From positions 1-52,249 of IMG/VR virus record IMGVR_UViG_3300035135_001583: 52,249 nt of DNA; one strand, written 5' to 3'. Each line of letters starts with the position of its first letter. Positions within the stretch are counted from its first letter, which is position 1. The position numbers and the translations under genes are program-made. Source of the stretch: a virus (taxonomy: Duplodnaviria > Caudoviricetes). The notes below the pieces were generated by a model that was not told the DNA's origin, did not search any database, and saw only the letters and a list, made by a program, of their open reading frames with translations. Below are positions 1 to 8,455 of this stretch, piece after piece.

Positions 1-76
1 CACCTTTTCGTATCCCGAAATATACCGTGGCCAATACAAACGGTACTGCAATGTATTTGAGAAACTCACCGAACAT
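1..76 (-). CDS. Small membrane protein, 5' part (runs off the window edge)
   Basis: Hand translation from ATG at 76: MFGEFLKYIAVPFVLATVYFGIRKG..., one hydrophobic helix; start overlaps the gnd 3' end. Confidence 0.6.
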   Translation of the reverse strand, partial: MFGEFLKYIAVPFVLATVYFGIRKG

Positions 77-1130
77 TGTGACCACCGAACATATAGCGCA
101 TACCATTCAGGACTCTCGATCCGAAAGCGCCCAGATTACGAGATCCAAAACGCTCAAACAACGCCGTGCTAATAACAGGAGCGGGTACACCCAGATCGAC
201 AGCGGCATTAACAGTCCAGCGACCCTCACCGCTATCGGAAACCCCTCCATCGAACTTATCAAGCTCTGTATTGCCCCGAAGTACATCCGCAGTAAGATCC
301 AATAACCAACTGCCAACCACGCTACCGCGACGCCACAACTCAGCAACTTCAGCACAGTCGATATCGTACTGGTAGTTTTCTGGATCAGACATCGGAGCGA
401 CTTCTGCATCTCCTTCAGCAACATACTTAGCACCTGCGTTTGCTTCGTGTAGGATATTGAAACCCTCGGCATATGCTTGCATAATACCGTACTCAACACC
501 GTTGTGGACCATCTTTACAAAGTGACCTGCACCAGGACCCCCACAATGCAACCAACCGTGCTCGGCAGAAGTTTCGTAACTTAAAGGATTTGTTCTACCA
601 GCGGAACCGATACCTGGGGCGAGGGCGCGGAAGATAGGAGCGCAGCTGGATACTGCAGTATTTGCACCACCAACCATAAGACAGTATCCACGCTCCAAAC
701 CAAAAACACCACCAGAAGTACCGCAGTCAATATATTGGATACCCAACTTTGCCAGACGTTCCGCCCTGCGCCGTGAGTCCTTAAAATTGCTATTACCATT
801 ATCAATAATAATATCTCCTTCACTACAAAATTGTAGTAACTCATTGATAGTATCCTCTACTAATTCGGCGGGAACAACCATCATAAAAATTCCTGGTTGC
901 TCTGAATACACAGTCTCACCAGATTTTTCTCCATAAATGGATTTCTTTTCCTTGACTACTTGAACAAGAGTTTCAATAGAAGTGGTACATCCACTGATAT
1001 AACCCTTTTCAAATTGTTCTTGAGCTTTTTCATAGTTTCTACGATAACCGTGGACTTCGATACCAGCTTTGAGCATACGGCGAGACATCCCTTCGCCCAT
1101 ACGTCCGAGACCAATTACTCCGACTTTCAT
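66..1130 (-). CDS. gnd: 6-phosphogluconate dehydrogenase (short form), auxiliary metabolic gene
   Basis: Rossmann motif GVIGLGRMG; IIDNGNS; DCGTSGG; GAGHFVKMVHNGVEY; SGEGRWT. Confidence 0.97.
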   Translation of the reverse strand: MKVGVIGLGRMGEGMSRRMLKAGIEVHGYRRNYEKAQEQFEKGYISGCTTSIETLVQVVKEKKSIYGEKSGETVYSEQPGIFMMVVPAELVEDTINELLQFCSEGDIIIDNGNSNFKDSRRRAERLAKLGIQYIDCGTSGGVFGLERGYCLMVGGANTAVSSCAPIFRALAPGIGSAGRTNPLSYETSAEHGWLHCGGPGAGHFVKMVHNGVEYGIMQAYAEGFNILHEANAGAKYVAEGDAEVAPMSDPENYQYDIDCAEVAELWRRGSVVGSWLLDLTADVLRGNTELDKFDGGVSDSGEGRWTVNAAVDLGVPAPVISTALFERFGSRNLGAFGSRVLNGMRYMFGGHNVR

Positions 1131-1363
1131 TGTTTACCTTCCTGTAAAAAATATTCGGGCACGGGACACCCTTTAAAATTGTGAATCTCGTCTACTGCGA
1201 GAACGAACATAGTGCAGAACCCGACGCAGAAAGCAAATAACATTTGAGGGAAATTATAATTTCCCATATAAGCAGTGGGATCAGGTTCATCATCGTGAGG
1301 ATGCATATTCCTCGCGATTTGCTCTATACGTTTTTTTCTTTCTTCATCGGATTCTTTTTTCAT
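1127..1363 (-). CDS. Hypothetical membrane protein
   Basis: 78-aa ORF with one hydrophobic segment; stop overlaps the gnd start. Confidence 0.75.
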   Translation of the reverse strand: MKKESDEERKKRIEQIARNMHPHDDEPDPTAYMGNYNFPQMLFAFCVGFCTMFVLAVDEIHNFKGCPVPEYFLQEGKQ

Positions 1364-1364
1364 T

Positions 1365-1520
1365 TTACTCCCAATCAGAAGCAGACATAGATTTCACCTC
1401 AATGTAATTGATGATTTCATTATAATCATTGTATAATTTGTCACCAGGAATGAATGCATTCCTTTTCTTTTCAAGCGCCTCCAGAATAAGTGTATACTGA
1501 TAGGCAGTGAAATCCCTCAT
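1365..1520 (-). CDS. Hypothetical protein (51 aa, not in ORF track)
   Basis: Hand translation MRDFTAYQYTLILEALEKKRNAFIPGDKLYNDYNEIINYIEVKSMSASDWE; fills the gap between neighbours. Confidence 0.7.
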   Translation of the reverse strand: MRDFTAYQYTLILEALEKKRNAFIPGDKLYNDYNEIINYIEVKSMSASDWE

Positions 1521-1703
1521 CTATTTGTCCTTTAATAGTTGTTCGATTTTCCGACGGACAGAAGCAGTTTTGTGCTTCTCGCGTTCGGTATGTTTATAAC
1601 CGTGTTTGCCAGTGACAATGAAATGTCCCTGACATATCATAGTTATACCAAAAAGGAATAGGGCGATTGTCCCTATCCAATCTATAATGTGATGTTGAGC
1701 CAC
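1521..1703 (-). CDS. Hypothetical membrane protein
   Basis: 60-aa ORF with hydrophobic N-terminal half and basic tail; tightly packed. Confidence 0.7.
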   Translation of the reverse strand: MAQHHIIDWIGTIALFLFGITMICQGHFIVTGKHGYKHTEREKHKTASVRRKIEQLLKDK

Positions 1704-1900
1704 GGTAGTAGCGGGGGTATTACTCCAATGAGCCTGAGGAGACCTTCAGCAAATAAAGCAAGAACGACCCACCCGACACACATAGAAATAATTCCAGCAT
1801 TACGGTTGTGTCTACGAATTGCATCATCAATCATCTCCTGTACTTGTTCGCGTGTAACGTGTTCGGGAGGTTCGATACCCTTTCCCCAATCTTTAAACAT
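1682..1900 (-). CDS. Hypothetical membrane protein
   Basis: 72 aa, EMIDDAIRRHNRNA followed by a transmembrane helix; overlaps the PTOX stop. Confidence 0.75.
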   Translation of the reverse strand: MFKDWGKGIEPPEHVTREQVQEMIDDAIRRHNRNAGIISMCVGWVVLALFAEGLLRLIGVIPPLLPWLNITL

Positions 1901-2399
1901 TAATCAACTCCATAGCATTTTGGAGTTCACGAGAATGTTCAAGTTCATCGTTTAAAATTTCCAAGATTTTTTCATCGGGACCATTTAAAGCAAGGTGCTT
2001 AGCATATGTCTCTGCTGCGTGTATTTCTACTTCGTAGGAGAGATGGTAAGCGCACACAGGAGCCAACCAGTAATAAACCACATTGATCCAATAATACGCA
2101 AGTACGAGGTGTCTGGCGAAAGCGCGATCCACCCAGTGAGCACTACCGCCCCGACTCTCCATATACTCCAGATGTTCTGTTTCATTGAGAGTCTGTGCGA
2201 AGTGTTCCTTCATTAAGTATAGATGTTCTGGTCCTCGCAATCCTAGAGATTCTCTTAAATGTAGAACGCTCAAGAACGCAAAATAGGGTGCCCGAGCAAT
2301 CTCCTCAAGCACCCAAAACCTCGGATAATCTCTTCCTTGATATAGGAAGTCAATAATTGCAACAGTGATGTCTAAGACAACAGCGTTGAGTTTTCTCAT
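1893..2399 (-). CDS. ptox: Plastoquinol terminal oxidase (PTOX), alternative-oxidase family di-iron protein
   Basis: RFWVLEEIARAPYFAF, NETEHL, EVEIHAAETY and DELEH di-iron motifs; next to petE. Confidence 0.95.
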   Translation of the reverse strand: MRKLNAVVLDITVAIIDFLYQGRDYPRFWVLEEIARAPYFAFLSVLHLRESLGLRGPEHLYLMKEHFAQTLNETEHLEYMESRGGSAHWVDRAFARHLVLAYYWINVVYYWLAPVCAYHLSYEVEIHAAETYAKHLALNGPDEKILEILNDELEHSRELQNAMELINV

Positions 2400-2719
2400 T
2401 GCACGTGTACCGTACCAATCATACCAGCACCCTTATGGGGACCGCACCAATAAGTATAGTCACCCGCCTCAGGGAATGCAACATCAAACTCCTCACCAGG
2501 GAGCATTGCCAGGGCTTCGTGACCTAATTCAGGATGATCCTCAATGATAACGTTATGAGGAGGGAGCATATTATTAACAAAATGCACCGATTCGCCAGCT
2601 GAGATAGTAATCTCTGCAGGATCAAACACAAGATTACCATTGGATCCCATTTGTACATCTACTGCCCACGCTGGCATTGCAAAGAACAGCGAAGCAAGGA
2701 ATGCAAAAATGATTTTCAT
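2396..2719 (-). CDS. petE: Plastocyanin with signal peptide
   Basis: Signal peptide ending AWA; copper ligands in PHNV and YWCGPHKGAGM. Confidence 0.97.
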   Translation of the reverse strand: MKIIFAFLASLFFAMPAWAVDVQMGSNGNLVFDPAEITISAGESVHFVNNMLPPHNVIIEDHPELGHEALAMLPGEEFDVAFPEAGDYTYWCGPHKGAGMIGTVHVQ

Positions 2720-2724
2720 ACAGG

Positions 2725-2756
2725 GGTAGCAACTACTTTATCTAGTAGCTACTACC
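2725..2756 (-). promoter_or_regulatory. 13-bp hairpin just upstream of petE with variant late promoter CTAGATA over the loop
   Basis: Minus strand GGTAGTAGCTACT-AGATAA-AGTAGTTGCTACC, ending 5 nt before the ATG; CTAGATA at 2745-2739. Confidence 0.55.
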
Positions 2757-2767
2757 TATATGTTAAG

Positions 2768-3169
2768 TTATGCTACGCCAATTTTGTTGATAAACACATA
2801 AACCGTATATTTGTGTCCGCTAGCAGAAGCGGCAACAGTAATAGGTGTGCTGCTCGACTCGTGTTCGCAGACTTGACCTTCAAAATCAATATCTCCAGAA
2901 CCACCTAAGACCATCACGGTGTCTGAACCACGCTTTAATTCCACGTAGTGTGTATCATCTTGACTATAGATGACTCTACAAATTTCTAATCTCGTAGGAA
3001 TTTGCACTCTATCAGCAAGACCTTTGCTGGCAACACCACCGAAAGCGGGATCTCCAGATTCTACCTTAACGGTATAGGACAAATCAGTAGCTGTAATGTC
3101 AGTGGTGTTTTCGCTCACCACCTTGACAACAGCTTTTGTCTGTGTGTTTTTTAAAACGACCTTTGACAT
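2768..3169 (-). CDS. Hypothetical late protein, possibly virion-associated
   Basis: 133-aa beta-rich ORF preceded by CTAAATA at 3198-3192. Confidence 0.75.
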   Translation of the reverse strand: MSKVVLKNTQTKAVVKVVSENTTDITATDLSYTVKVESGDPAFGGVASKGLADRVQIPTRLEICRVIYSQDDTHYVELKRGSDTVMVLGGSGDIDFEGQVCEHESSSTPITVAASASGHKYTVYVFINKIGVA

Positions 3170-3174
3170 TGTAA

Positions 3175-3333
3175 TTAGCTTTCTTTGTTACTATTTAGAT
3201 CGGACCATTTGCTGTGAGAGTAGCAACCGTCACGTACACCGTAGGTTCCTTTTTTCTTGATCTCAAAACGTTCGGTGATTTTTCGCAATCCCGCATTCTC
3301 CAAATCCTTAAGGATATCCTTAAAGGGGCGCAT
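3175..3333 (-). CDS. Small basic hypothetical protein (52 aa, not in ORF track)
   Basis: Hand translation MRPFKDILKDLENAGLRKITERFEIKKKGTYGVRDGCYSHSKWSDLNSNKES; downstream of the ATAAATA at 3366-3360. Confidence 0.5.
   Translation of the reverse strand: MRPFKDILKDLENAGLRKITERFEIKKKGTYGVRDGCYSHSKWSDLNSNKES
3192..3198 (-). promoter_or_regulatory. T4-type late promoter CTAAATA
   Basis: tatttag on plus strand, about 22 nt upstream of the ATG at 3169. Confidence 0.65.
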
Positions 3334-3359
3334 ATTTATAAAATCAGATCTTCTTGTAC

Positions 3360-3377
3360 TATTTATTCCGATAAATA
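3360..3377. promoter_or_regulatory. Back-to-back divergent late promoters (ATAAATA on each strand)
   Basis: tatttat-tccg-ataaata, located exactly at the strand switch. Confidence 0.7.
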
Positions 3378-3399
3378 ATTTGGGGTATGTACTAAACCA

Positions 3400-3894
3400 A
3401 TGAGAAAATTGTTACCCTTTATGATGATACTGATGACCGCTTCAGCAGCAAACGCAGGCGGACTTGTTACTAAGCACGCCTCAAGTGTGCAACTGACTGT
3501 TGATGCAGCACGCTCCACCGCCACTCGCGTTGGTTCGAGTTTCAGTATCTCAGGTAGTAACATTGATACTACCGACGGAAGTACTGCAGGTACAGTTTCT
3601 GCTGGTACTATCACCTCTGGTGTATACAATCCTGGCACAATCGCTGCGACGCAAGACACTGCTGGTGCAGCATTTAGTTTCAGTCAATCTTATACACAAG
3701 GCGACGCATTACCAACTAGTGCAGCTACTGTAGGAGCTATTCCTAACTTCGGTTCGGTTACTTCTTACACAGCTGGAACTGCTGGTTCCTTAGCAGGTAC
3801 TGTCACAAGCGCAGGCGTTATTACCGTGACGGCTGGCGGAGCTGGATCTAGTGCTATCGGACAATTTGTGTCTGAGGTCACTGTCATTGATTGA
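3400..3894 (+). CDS. Exported Ser/Thr/Gly-rich beta protein with signal peptide
   Basis: MRKLLPFMMILMTASAANA signal peptide; late promoter upstream. Confidence 0.85.
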   Translation: MRKLLPFMMILMTASAANAGGLVTKHASSVQLTVDAARSTATRVGSSFSISGSNIDTTDGSTAGTVSAGTITSGVYNPGTIAATQDTAGAAFSFSQSYTQGDALPTSAATVGAIPNFGSVTSYTAGTAGSLAGTVTSAGVITVTAGGAGSSAIGQFVSEVTVID

Positions 3895-3905
3895 GGAATC
3901 TCGCG

Positions 3906-4349
3906 ATGACTTTTGGAAAGACGATAATCTCGTGTGTGCTGTTTGCGGTGGGTGCAAGTGCCATACTTGCTCCTGCCCAGGCGGTCCCCGTGGTGCCAAA
4001 CTTCACCCAGGGCTCGATGACGAGCCACACAGAGACAACACAAACGATAACGGAAACCATAAATTCTATGGATTATTCCACAGGTTATCAATATTCTGCA
4101 ACAGGTTCAGGAGTAACCGCTAGCGGCAATTTGTCGCCTTCTGTATCTGAAACTAATGTAACTATTAACGGAGTGAGTTCAAAATGGACGGGCGTGAATT
4201 CAAAACCATCGTTCACCCAAACGACACCAGGAGCAGCGTTCCAATTCACGGAAACGCTTTCTTCTCCAGGTTTACAAAATCACACGATCATCCAAAGGGT
4301 GACCGAGGTTACAAGCGTAACCGATACTACAAGTATTTTCTCCCAGTAA
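3906..4349 (+). CDS. Exported Thr-rich protein with signal peptide
   Basis: GAGGA Shine-Dalgarno at 3893-3897 favours ATG 3906 over TTG 3891; signal peptide ending AQA, then VPVVPNFTQG. Confidence 0.85.
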   Translation: MTFGKTIISCVLFAVGASAILAPAQAVPVVPNFTQGSMTSHTETTQTITETINSMDYSTGYQYSATGSGVTASGNLSPSVSETNVTINGVSSKWTGVNSKPSFTQTTPGAAFQFTETLSSPGLQNHTIIQRVTEVTSVTDTTSIFSQ

Positions 4350-5107
4350 TATGTCTAACAAATCTTGCGACTGCCCCTGCCACTCTGGCGGAGACTGTAG
4401 GGGGTGTAAGTGCAACAGCATCTCCAATCGCGAATAGCTCAGGCTCAGTTACCAACCAAGCTATTCAGGTTTTACAAGGCCCATATATTACTAACACATA
4501 TGGCGGTGGTATTCAGTGTCAAGGTCCTACTAGGAACTTCACCCCTTATGTAACAGGAACTGCGTCTGCATCTAAACCATACGAACCATATTATATGGAT
4601 CCCGTATACGATGTCACCGATAACTTCGGTGCCTTCGATGATGACGGGAACCCAATGGGGGATGGAATTTTAGACAATCCTGGGGACATTATCTTCGAGA
4701 AAAAAACTAGAACTGGTCAGAAAGATAACTACAGTCTAGGTATTGGTTTCTCTATGACGTGGAGTACACCTACCGACAAAAGATTGCAAGAACTGTGTAA
4801 GAAAGCTGCTACAACACAGATCGCATTACAAGAACAATTAACTGCTAATAAGCGTTTAGATTTTGAGATCGCAAGACTTAAAAATTGCGGTGAATTATTA
4901 AAAGCTGGAATCCGTTTTACACCTGGCACAAAGTATGCTGCTATCTGTGCAGATGTACAAGTATCTGGTGTGAACTTTATGGCACCGCATACACATAAGA
5001 TTCCTACTTCTTCTTCTGGGTCTTCGCCGCAACAGACCGAAGCTTTGCAATCGCTTCATTCCTCAGACGCTGCTCTGCTCGGCGCTCCTTTACAGATTCG
5101 ACCTTAG
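4184..5107 (+). CDS. Exported protein with Cys pairs and C-terminal helical region (start uncertain)
   Basis: Signal-like KYFLPVICLTNLATAPATLA, then ETVGGVSATASPIANSSGSVTNQAIQVLQG; the only upstream ATG lies deep inside the previous gene. Confidence 0.8.
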   Translation: MDGREFKTIVHPNDTRSSVPIHGNAFFSRFTKSHDHPKGDRGYKRNRYYKYFLPVICLTNLATAPATLAETVGGVSATASPIANSSGSVTNQAIQVLQGPYITNTYGGGIQCQGPTRNFTPYVTGTASASKPYEPYYMDPVYDVTDNFGAFDDDGNPMGDGILDNPGDIIFEKKTRTGQKDNYSLGIGFSMTWSTPTDKRLQELCKKAATTQIALQEQLTANKRLDFEIARLKNCGELLKAGIRFTPGTKYAAICADVQVSGVNFMAPHTHKIPTSSSGSSPQQTEALQSLHSSDAALLGAPLQIRP

Positions 5108-5819
5108 GTTTCTTACCTCTAATTGCAGCAACCTTCTTCAGGACTTTCTTCACTGTAGGTTTGATAACCTTCAGTAAGATGTCAGCAAATGGTTTAGCAA
5201 GCAGTGCAGATGTAGTAGCAACAACAGCAATACCTCCAGTGGTGATTACGGTCCCCGTTGGAGGTAATCCATTTATGGCTTGTTCGACAAGAGGTACATC
5301 ACGCACCTCACGGATACATTGATTGTTGACTAGTTTATATCCAGTAACTTCTTTCCTACCACTGTCGAAGATGAAACCAACAGGTTCCTCCGACAATTGC
5401 TTCTGGGTAGGACATTCAACCTTTGGAATAGTATCTTTCGGAACGTTTTTAGTGGGGTTCTCTGGAACCTGATTAGATTTGGGTGGTGCCTTGTATGCTG
5501 GAACAGGTGCTTCATAAGTAAATTCTAATTCGTCTCTGTTGTAATCCATAGGATTAAAAGACGGCACACCAGCGTCGCAAAATACCTTAACACCTTTAGG
5601 ATCGTCTTCGTTGATCTTAAAGTTATCTTTTGCGTTTGCCTCGTGCGCTTCTACGCAACCAGGCATATCGATAAGAGGTGTACCGATATCAATCACAGTA
5701 GTAACAGGTGGCACCGAGAACCTTGTGGGATCTGGTTCTATGTAAACCGTAATGGGATTGATATCGATATCATCTATAACAATGTTGGGAGTCCCAATTT
5801 TAAGTTCAGGTATTTCCAT
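5004..5819 (-). CDS. Hypothetical membrane protein, Pro-rich with basic C-tail
   Basis: 271 aa; hydrophobic segment VITTGGIAVVATTSALLA, then Lys/Arg-rich tail; convergent overlap with the plus-strand gene. Confidence 0.85.
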   Translation of the reverse strand: MEIPELKIGTPNIVIDDIDINPITVYIEPDPTRFSVPPVTTVIDIGTPLIDMPGCVEAHEANAKDNFKINEDDPKGVKVFCDAGVPSFNPMDYNRDELEFTYEAPVPAYKAPPKSNQVPENPTKNVPKDTIPKVECPTQKQLSEEPVGFIFDSGRKEVTGYKLVNNQCIREVRDVPLVEQAINGLPPTGTVITTGGIAVVATTSALLAKPFADILLKVIKPTVKKVLKKVAAIRGKKPKVESVKERRAEQRLRNEAIAKLRSVAAKTQKKK

Positions 5820-5987
5820 TTAGTCACCAAATGTATTAGGACATAACTGCTTTGCCAGTTTGTCTCGCAGTTCATTTATACGATCTTCATCGAAGTGTGC
5901 GAAGTTGGGATACTTCTCAACTTTCTTATAGTAATGTAATGCATTGAGGATGATTGTGTAATCCTCTAGCGACAATTCAAAGTTCAT
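5820..5987 (-). CDS. Hypothetical protein (55 aa, not in ORF track)
   Basis: Hand translation MNFELSLEDYTIILNALHYYKKVEKYPNFAHFDEDRINELRDKLAKQLCPNTFGD; TAATG coupling to the upstream gene. Confidence 0.75.
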   Translation of the reverse strand: MNFELSLEDYTIILNALHYYKKVEKYPNFAHFDEDRINELRDKLAKQLCPNTFGD

Positions 5988-6577
5988 TAGCAATCATTAA
6001 ATGCACTACCGACTTCGGATCCAATAGCAGATCCTGCTCTTTGTCCTAGGAGCAATGCCCAACCGCCTGCTAACCATCCGATGTAAGGGATCCCAGAGAG
6101 CGCAGGAACGGCGACACCAGCAGCTATGCTACTACCTGCCATTGCACCTTGTGACCGTGCTCCAGCGTCCGCCGCGATACACTCTGCGCTTAGCGCAGGA
6201 GACTTTCCCTCGGTGGTGTCAACCGTGCCTCCAATGTTTCGGATTCCGTCCATAGTGAATTGATCACGACGAAACTCACGGCGGGATTCGATGCGAGGAC
6301 CGAACAACCCTCGCTTATCTGTATCAAGTATCAGAGATTTTTCTGAATTTAAGATAGCAGGATCGTTCGCTTTGTACTTGACTGAGTAACCATCAGGTCC
6401 TGCATTCAACTCATAAGATGAATAGTCACCTTTAGGAATGTTGATGCTAGGAATCTGATATGGTTGCCTCATAAGATAACCAACCAAACCGATATGCGAC
6501 ACAGCAAACAAAGCGCCAACTGTGCCGACGAAGATCTTAAACGTTGATGGTTTCTTTGGTGTGTTGGTCATAATCAA
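5987..6577 (-). CDS. Membrane protein with N-terminal anchor and C-terminal glycine-zipper-like hydrophobic hairpin
   Basis: IFVGTVGALFAVSHIGLVGYL; GAMAGSSIAAGVAVPALSGIPYIGWLAGGWALLLGQRAGSAIGSEVG. Confidence 0.85.
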   Translation of the reverse strand: MIMTNTPKKPSTFKIFVGTVGALFAVSHIGLVGYLMRQPYQIPSINIPKGDYSSYELNAGPDGYSVKYKANDPAILNSEKSLILDTDKRGLFGPRIESRREFRRDQFTMDGIRNIGGTVDTTEGKSPALSAECIAADAGARSQGAMAGSSIAAGVAVPALSGIPYIGWLAGGWALLLGQRAGSAIGSEVGSAFNDC

Positions 6578-6807
6578 AGACCAAGACTAGGTACTGCTGG
6601 TCCTGTAGCTGATGGAAGTTCAGGCATTGCACTATCGAGCATACCTGGGATTGCATTAGTAACAGTTTCTGTTACAGCAGCAGTAATTTTACCTTTAACG
6701 TCTTCGACGATTGCATCGCGACGCAGGTATACAGTAGCTCCACCGCCGATGATGCCTGCGACACCAACAAACGAGACTACTGCCAGAATGTTAATTAGTT
6801 TTTGCAT
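6574..6807 (-). CDS. Small membrane-anchored protein
   Basis: 77 aa, N-terminal transmembrane helix, Pro-rich tail. Confidence 0.8.
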   Translation of the reverse strand: MQKLINILAVVSFVGVAGIIGGGATVYLRRDAIVEDVKGKITAAVTETVTNAIPGMLDSAMPELPSATGPAVPSLGL

Positions 6808-6811
6808 TGTC

Positions 6812-7240
6812 TTACATTTTGTATGTTTCGTCTATAGAAAGTTTGATAGGAGCTTGCTCAACTCTAATAGTTTGAACAGGACCACCACTGGACTTAGCAG
6901 CAGCAATCAGTGCTTCCATATCTGCTTTAGTGATACCAGCACTAGGTGCTGCACCACCACCAGCTTGGGCACCCTTCTTCGCCGTCTGAACCCCGAACGT
7001 AGCTAAAACCCCAGTGAACACGCTGGCTATGAATGTCGGATCGAGATCCTGTTTGGGGATTTGTAATGCGGGTGGCAAATCTACATATGCCAAAGTAAGA
7101 ATACCGCCAGACCAAACTAGGATACCCAGTCTAACAAACGTAGAAAGTATGGCAAGTTGTTCTTCTTTATCCTCAGAGGCTTCCTTAAGTTTACTAAAGA
7201 TGCCTTTCTTTTTTTCTTCTTTAACTTGTTCCTGTGTCAT
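6812..7240 (-). CDS. Two-transmembrane protein (holin-like topology, function unproven)
   Basis: ILSTFVRLGILVWSGGILTLAYV and FIASVFTGVLATFGV helices; overlaps the gp16 end. Confidence 0.8.
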   Translation of the reverse strand: MTQEQVKEEKKKGIFSKLKEASEDKEEQLAILSTFVRLGILVWSGGILTLAYVDLPPALQIPKQDLDPTFIASVFTGVLATFGVQTAKKGAQAGGGAAPSAGITKADMEALIAAAKSSGGPVQTIRVEQAPIKLSIDETYKM

Positions 7241-7664
7241 CAGTGCTGTCCTCCTCGACGCGCTTTAGCATTTTCGCAAGATCAGCAGTGCTGCCGACAA
7301 ACATAGTATTGTTTACAGTGGAAGGACCCTTGGGATCCTTACCTTCTTTAACTTCTTTCGTATCTTTTTGAAGCTTCATTAATTTATCAGTCGTATCAGC
7401 GACGTTCTTAATCATCAACGCAGCAACTTCATATGCACGAGGATGATCAGAAGACGCAGCTACATCTAAGATACCGTTTAAAGCTTCCTGACCTTTTTCT
7501 ATTAAATTGTATAGTTGACCACGGGTGTATTCGTAGTCCTTGGTGACATCAACGTTTTCTTCTTTTTTCTCAGGTTCAGCAGAGACAACCTCAGCATTAC
7601 TAACCTCAACTTCCTCATCGGGAAGATTAAAAACTTCTTTCATATTGTCGTCTAACTTACTCAT
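7221..7664 (-). CDS. gp16: Terminase small subunit
   Basis: DYEYTRGQLYNLIEKGQEA, HPRAYEV, NNTMFVGSTADL; follows gp15. Confidence 0.93.
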   Translation of the reverse strand: MSKLDDNMKEVFNLPDEEVEVSNAEVVSAEPEKKEENVDVTKDYEYTRGQLYNLIEKGQEALNGILDVAASSDHPRAYEVAALMIKNVADTTDKLMKLQKDTKEVKEGKDPKGPSTVNNTMFVGSTADLAKMLKRVEEDSTDDTGTS

Positions 7665-8455
7665 AAGAATTCAAAACCTTCATTGAAACCGAAGTTGTCG
7701 TCGGGTTGCACGTATGCATCATCTGCAGCGGTAACCTGACCATCACCATCATAATCCTGTTTAGCTTTAGGAGTATACGTGAGGCGAATATCTTTCCGTC
7801 TGCGGTCGTCGGTCATATTGCCAATTTCCATAATAGACTTCTTGATAACACCAACGTTGGTGAGAGGACCGTAGAGATATGTTTTAACGGTAAAGTTAAG
7901 TCTATACTCTAGATAACGACGCTGTTTAAAATCGCCGTCATATGTATCCGTATAATCAACACTATTGAGAACTACTGGTACGTCCTTCACTTCATCCATA
8001 TCAGGAATCATCTTGATAGGAATGTTAAATGAAGGTTGGAAGTATGGTAGAATTTGTTCTAGAATACTAAGACCATCGTCTTGAGACTTTGCTAAGATGC
8101 CAAGTTCAAAACCAATGTTGTAGGGCACAGGCATATACTGCTTGCGAATACCGCCAGTAGCATCGTCACTCTTCTTATATACTTGAACAGGACTAGTCTT
8201 TCTCGTACCATCGTACGAATAACTAGTCATCTCAAAATAAAGACGAGGTAACGTCATCTGAACTTGCTTGTCCAGATTTGGGAGATCTTCTAATCTAGCA
8301 AGAAATTTTTCTCTAGGACCATATGCTAGAGGAACTTTTTCTCGCACAACTTCATTGCCCGCTTCGTCGAGATCACGGAGTTCGATATTGTTAAAGATAG
8401 TACCGAACGCAATGACGGTACGACGAATAGTGCCGTTATAAAAATATTGTAACAT
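7661..8455 (-). CDS. gp15: Tail sheath stabiliser / tail terminator
   Basis: YFYNGTIRRTVIAFGTIFNNI, VPLAYGP, PVPYNIGFEL, EQILPYFQP, FTVKTYLYGP. Confidence 0.95.
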   Translation of the reverse strand: MLQYFYNGTIRRTVIAFGTIFNNIELRDLDEAGNEVVREKVPLAYGPREKFLARLEDLPNLDKQVQMTLPRLYFEMTSYSYDGTRKTSPVQVYKKSDDATGGIRKQYMPVPYNIGFELGILAKSQDDGLSILEQILPYFQPSFNIPIKMIPDMDEVKDVPVVLNSVDYTDTYDGDFKQRRYLEYRLNFTVKTYLYGPLTNVGVIKKSIMEIGNMTDDRRRKDIRLTYTPKAKQDYDGDGQVTAADDAYVQPDDNFGFNEGFEFL

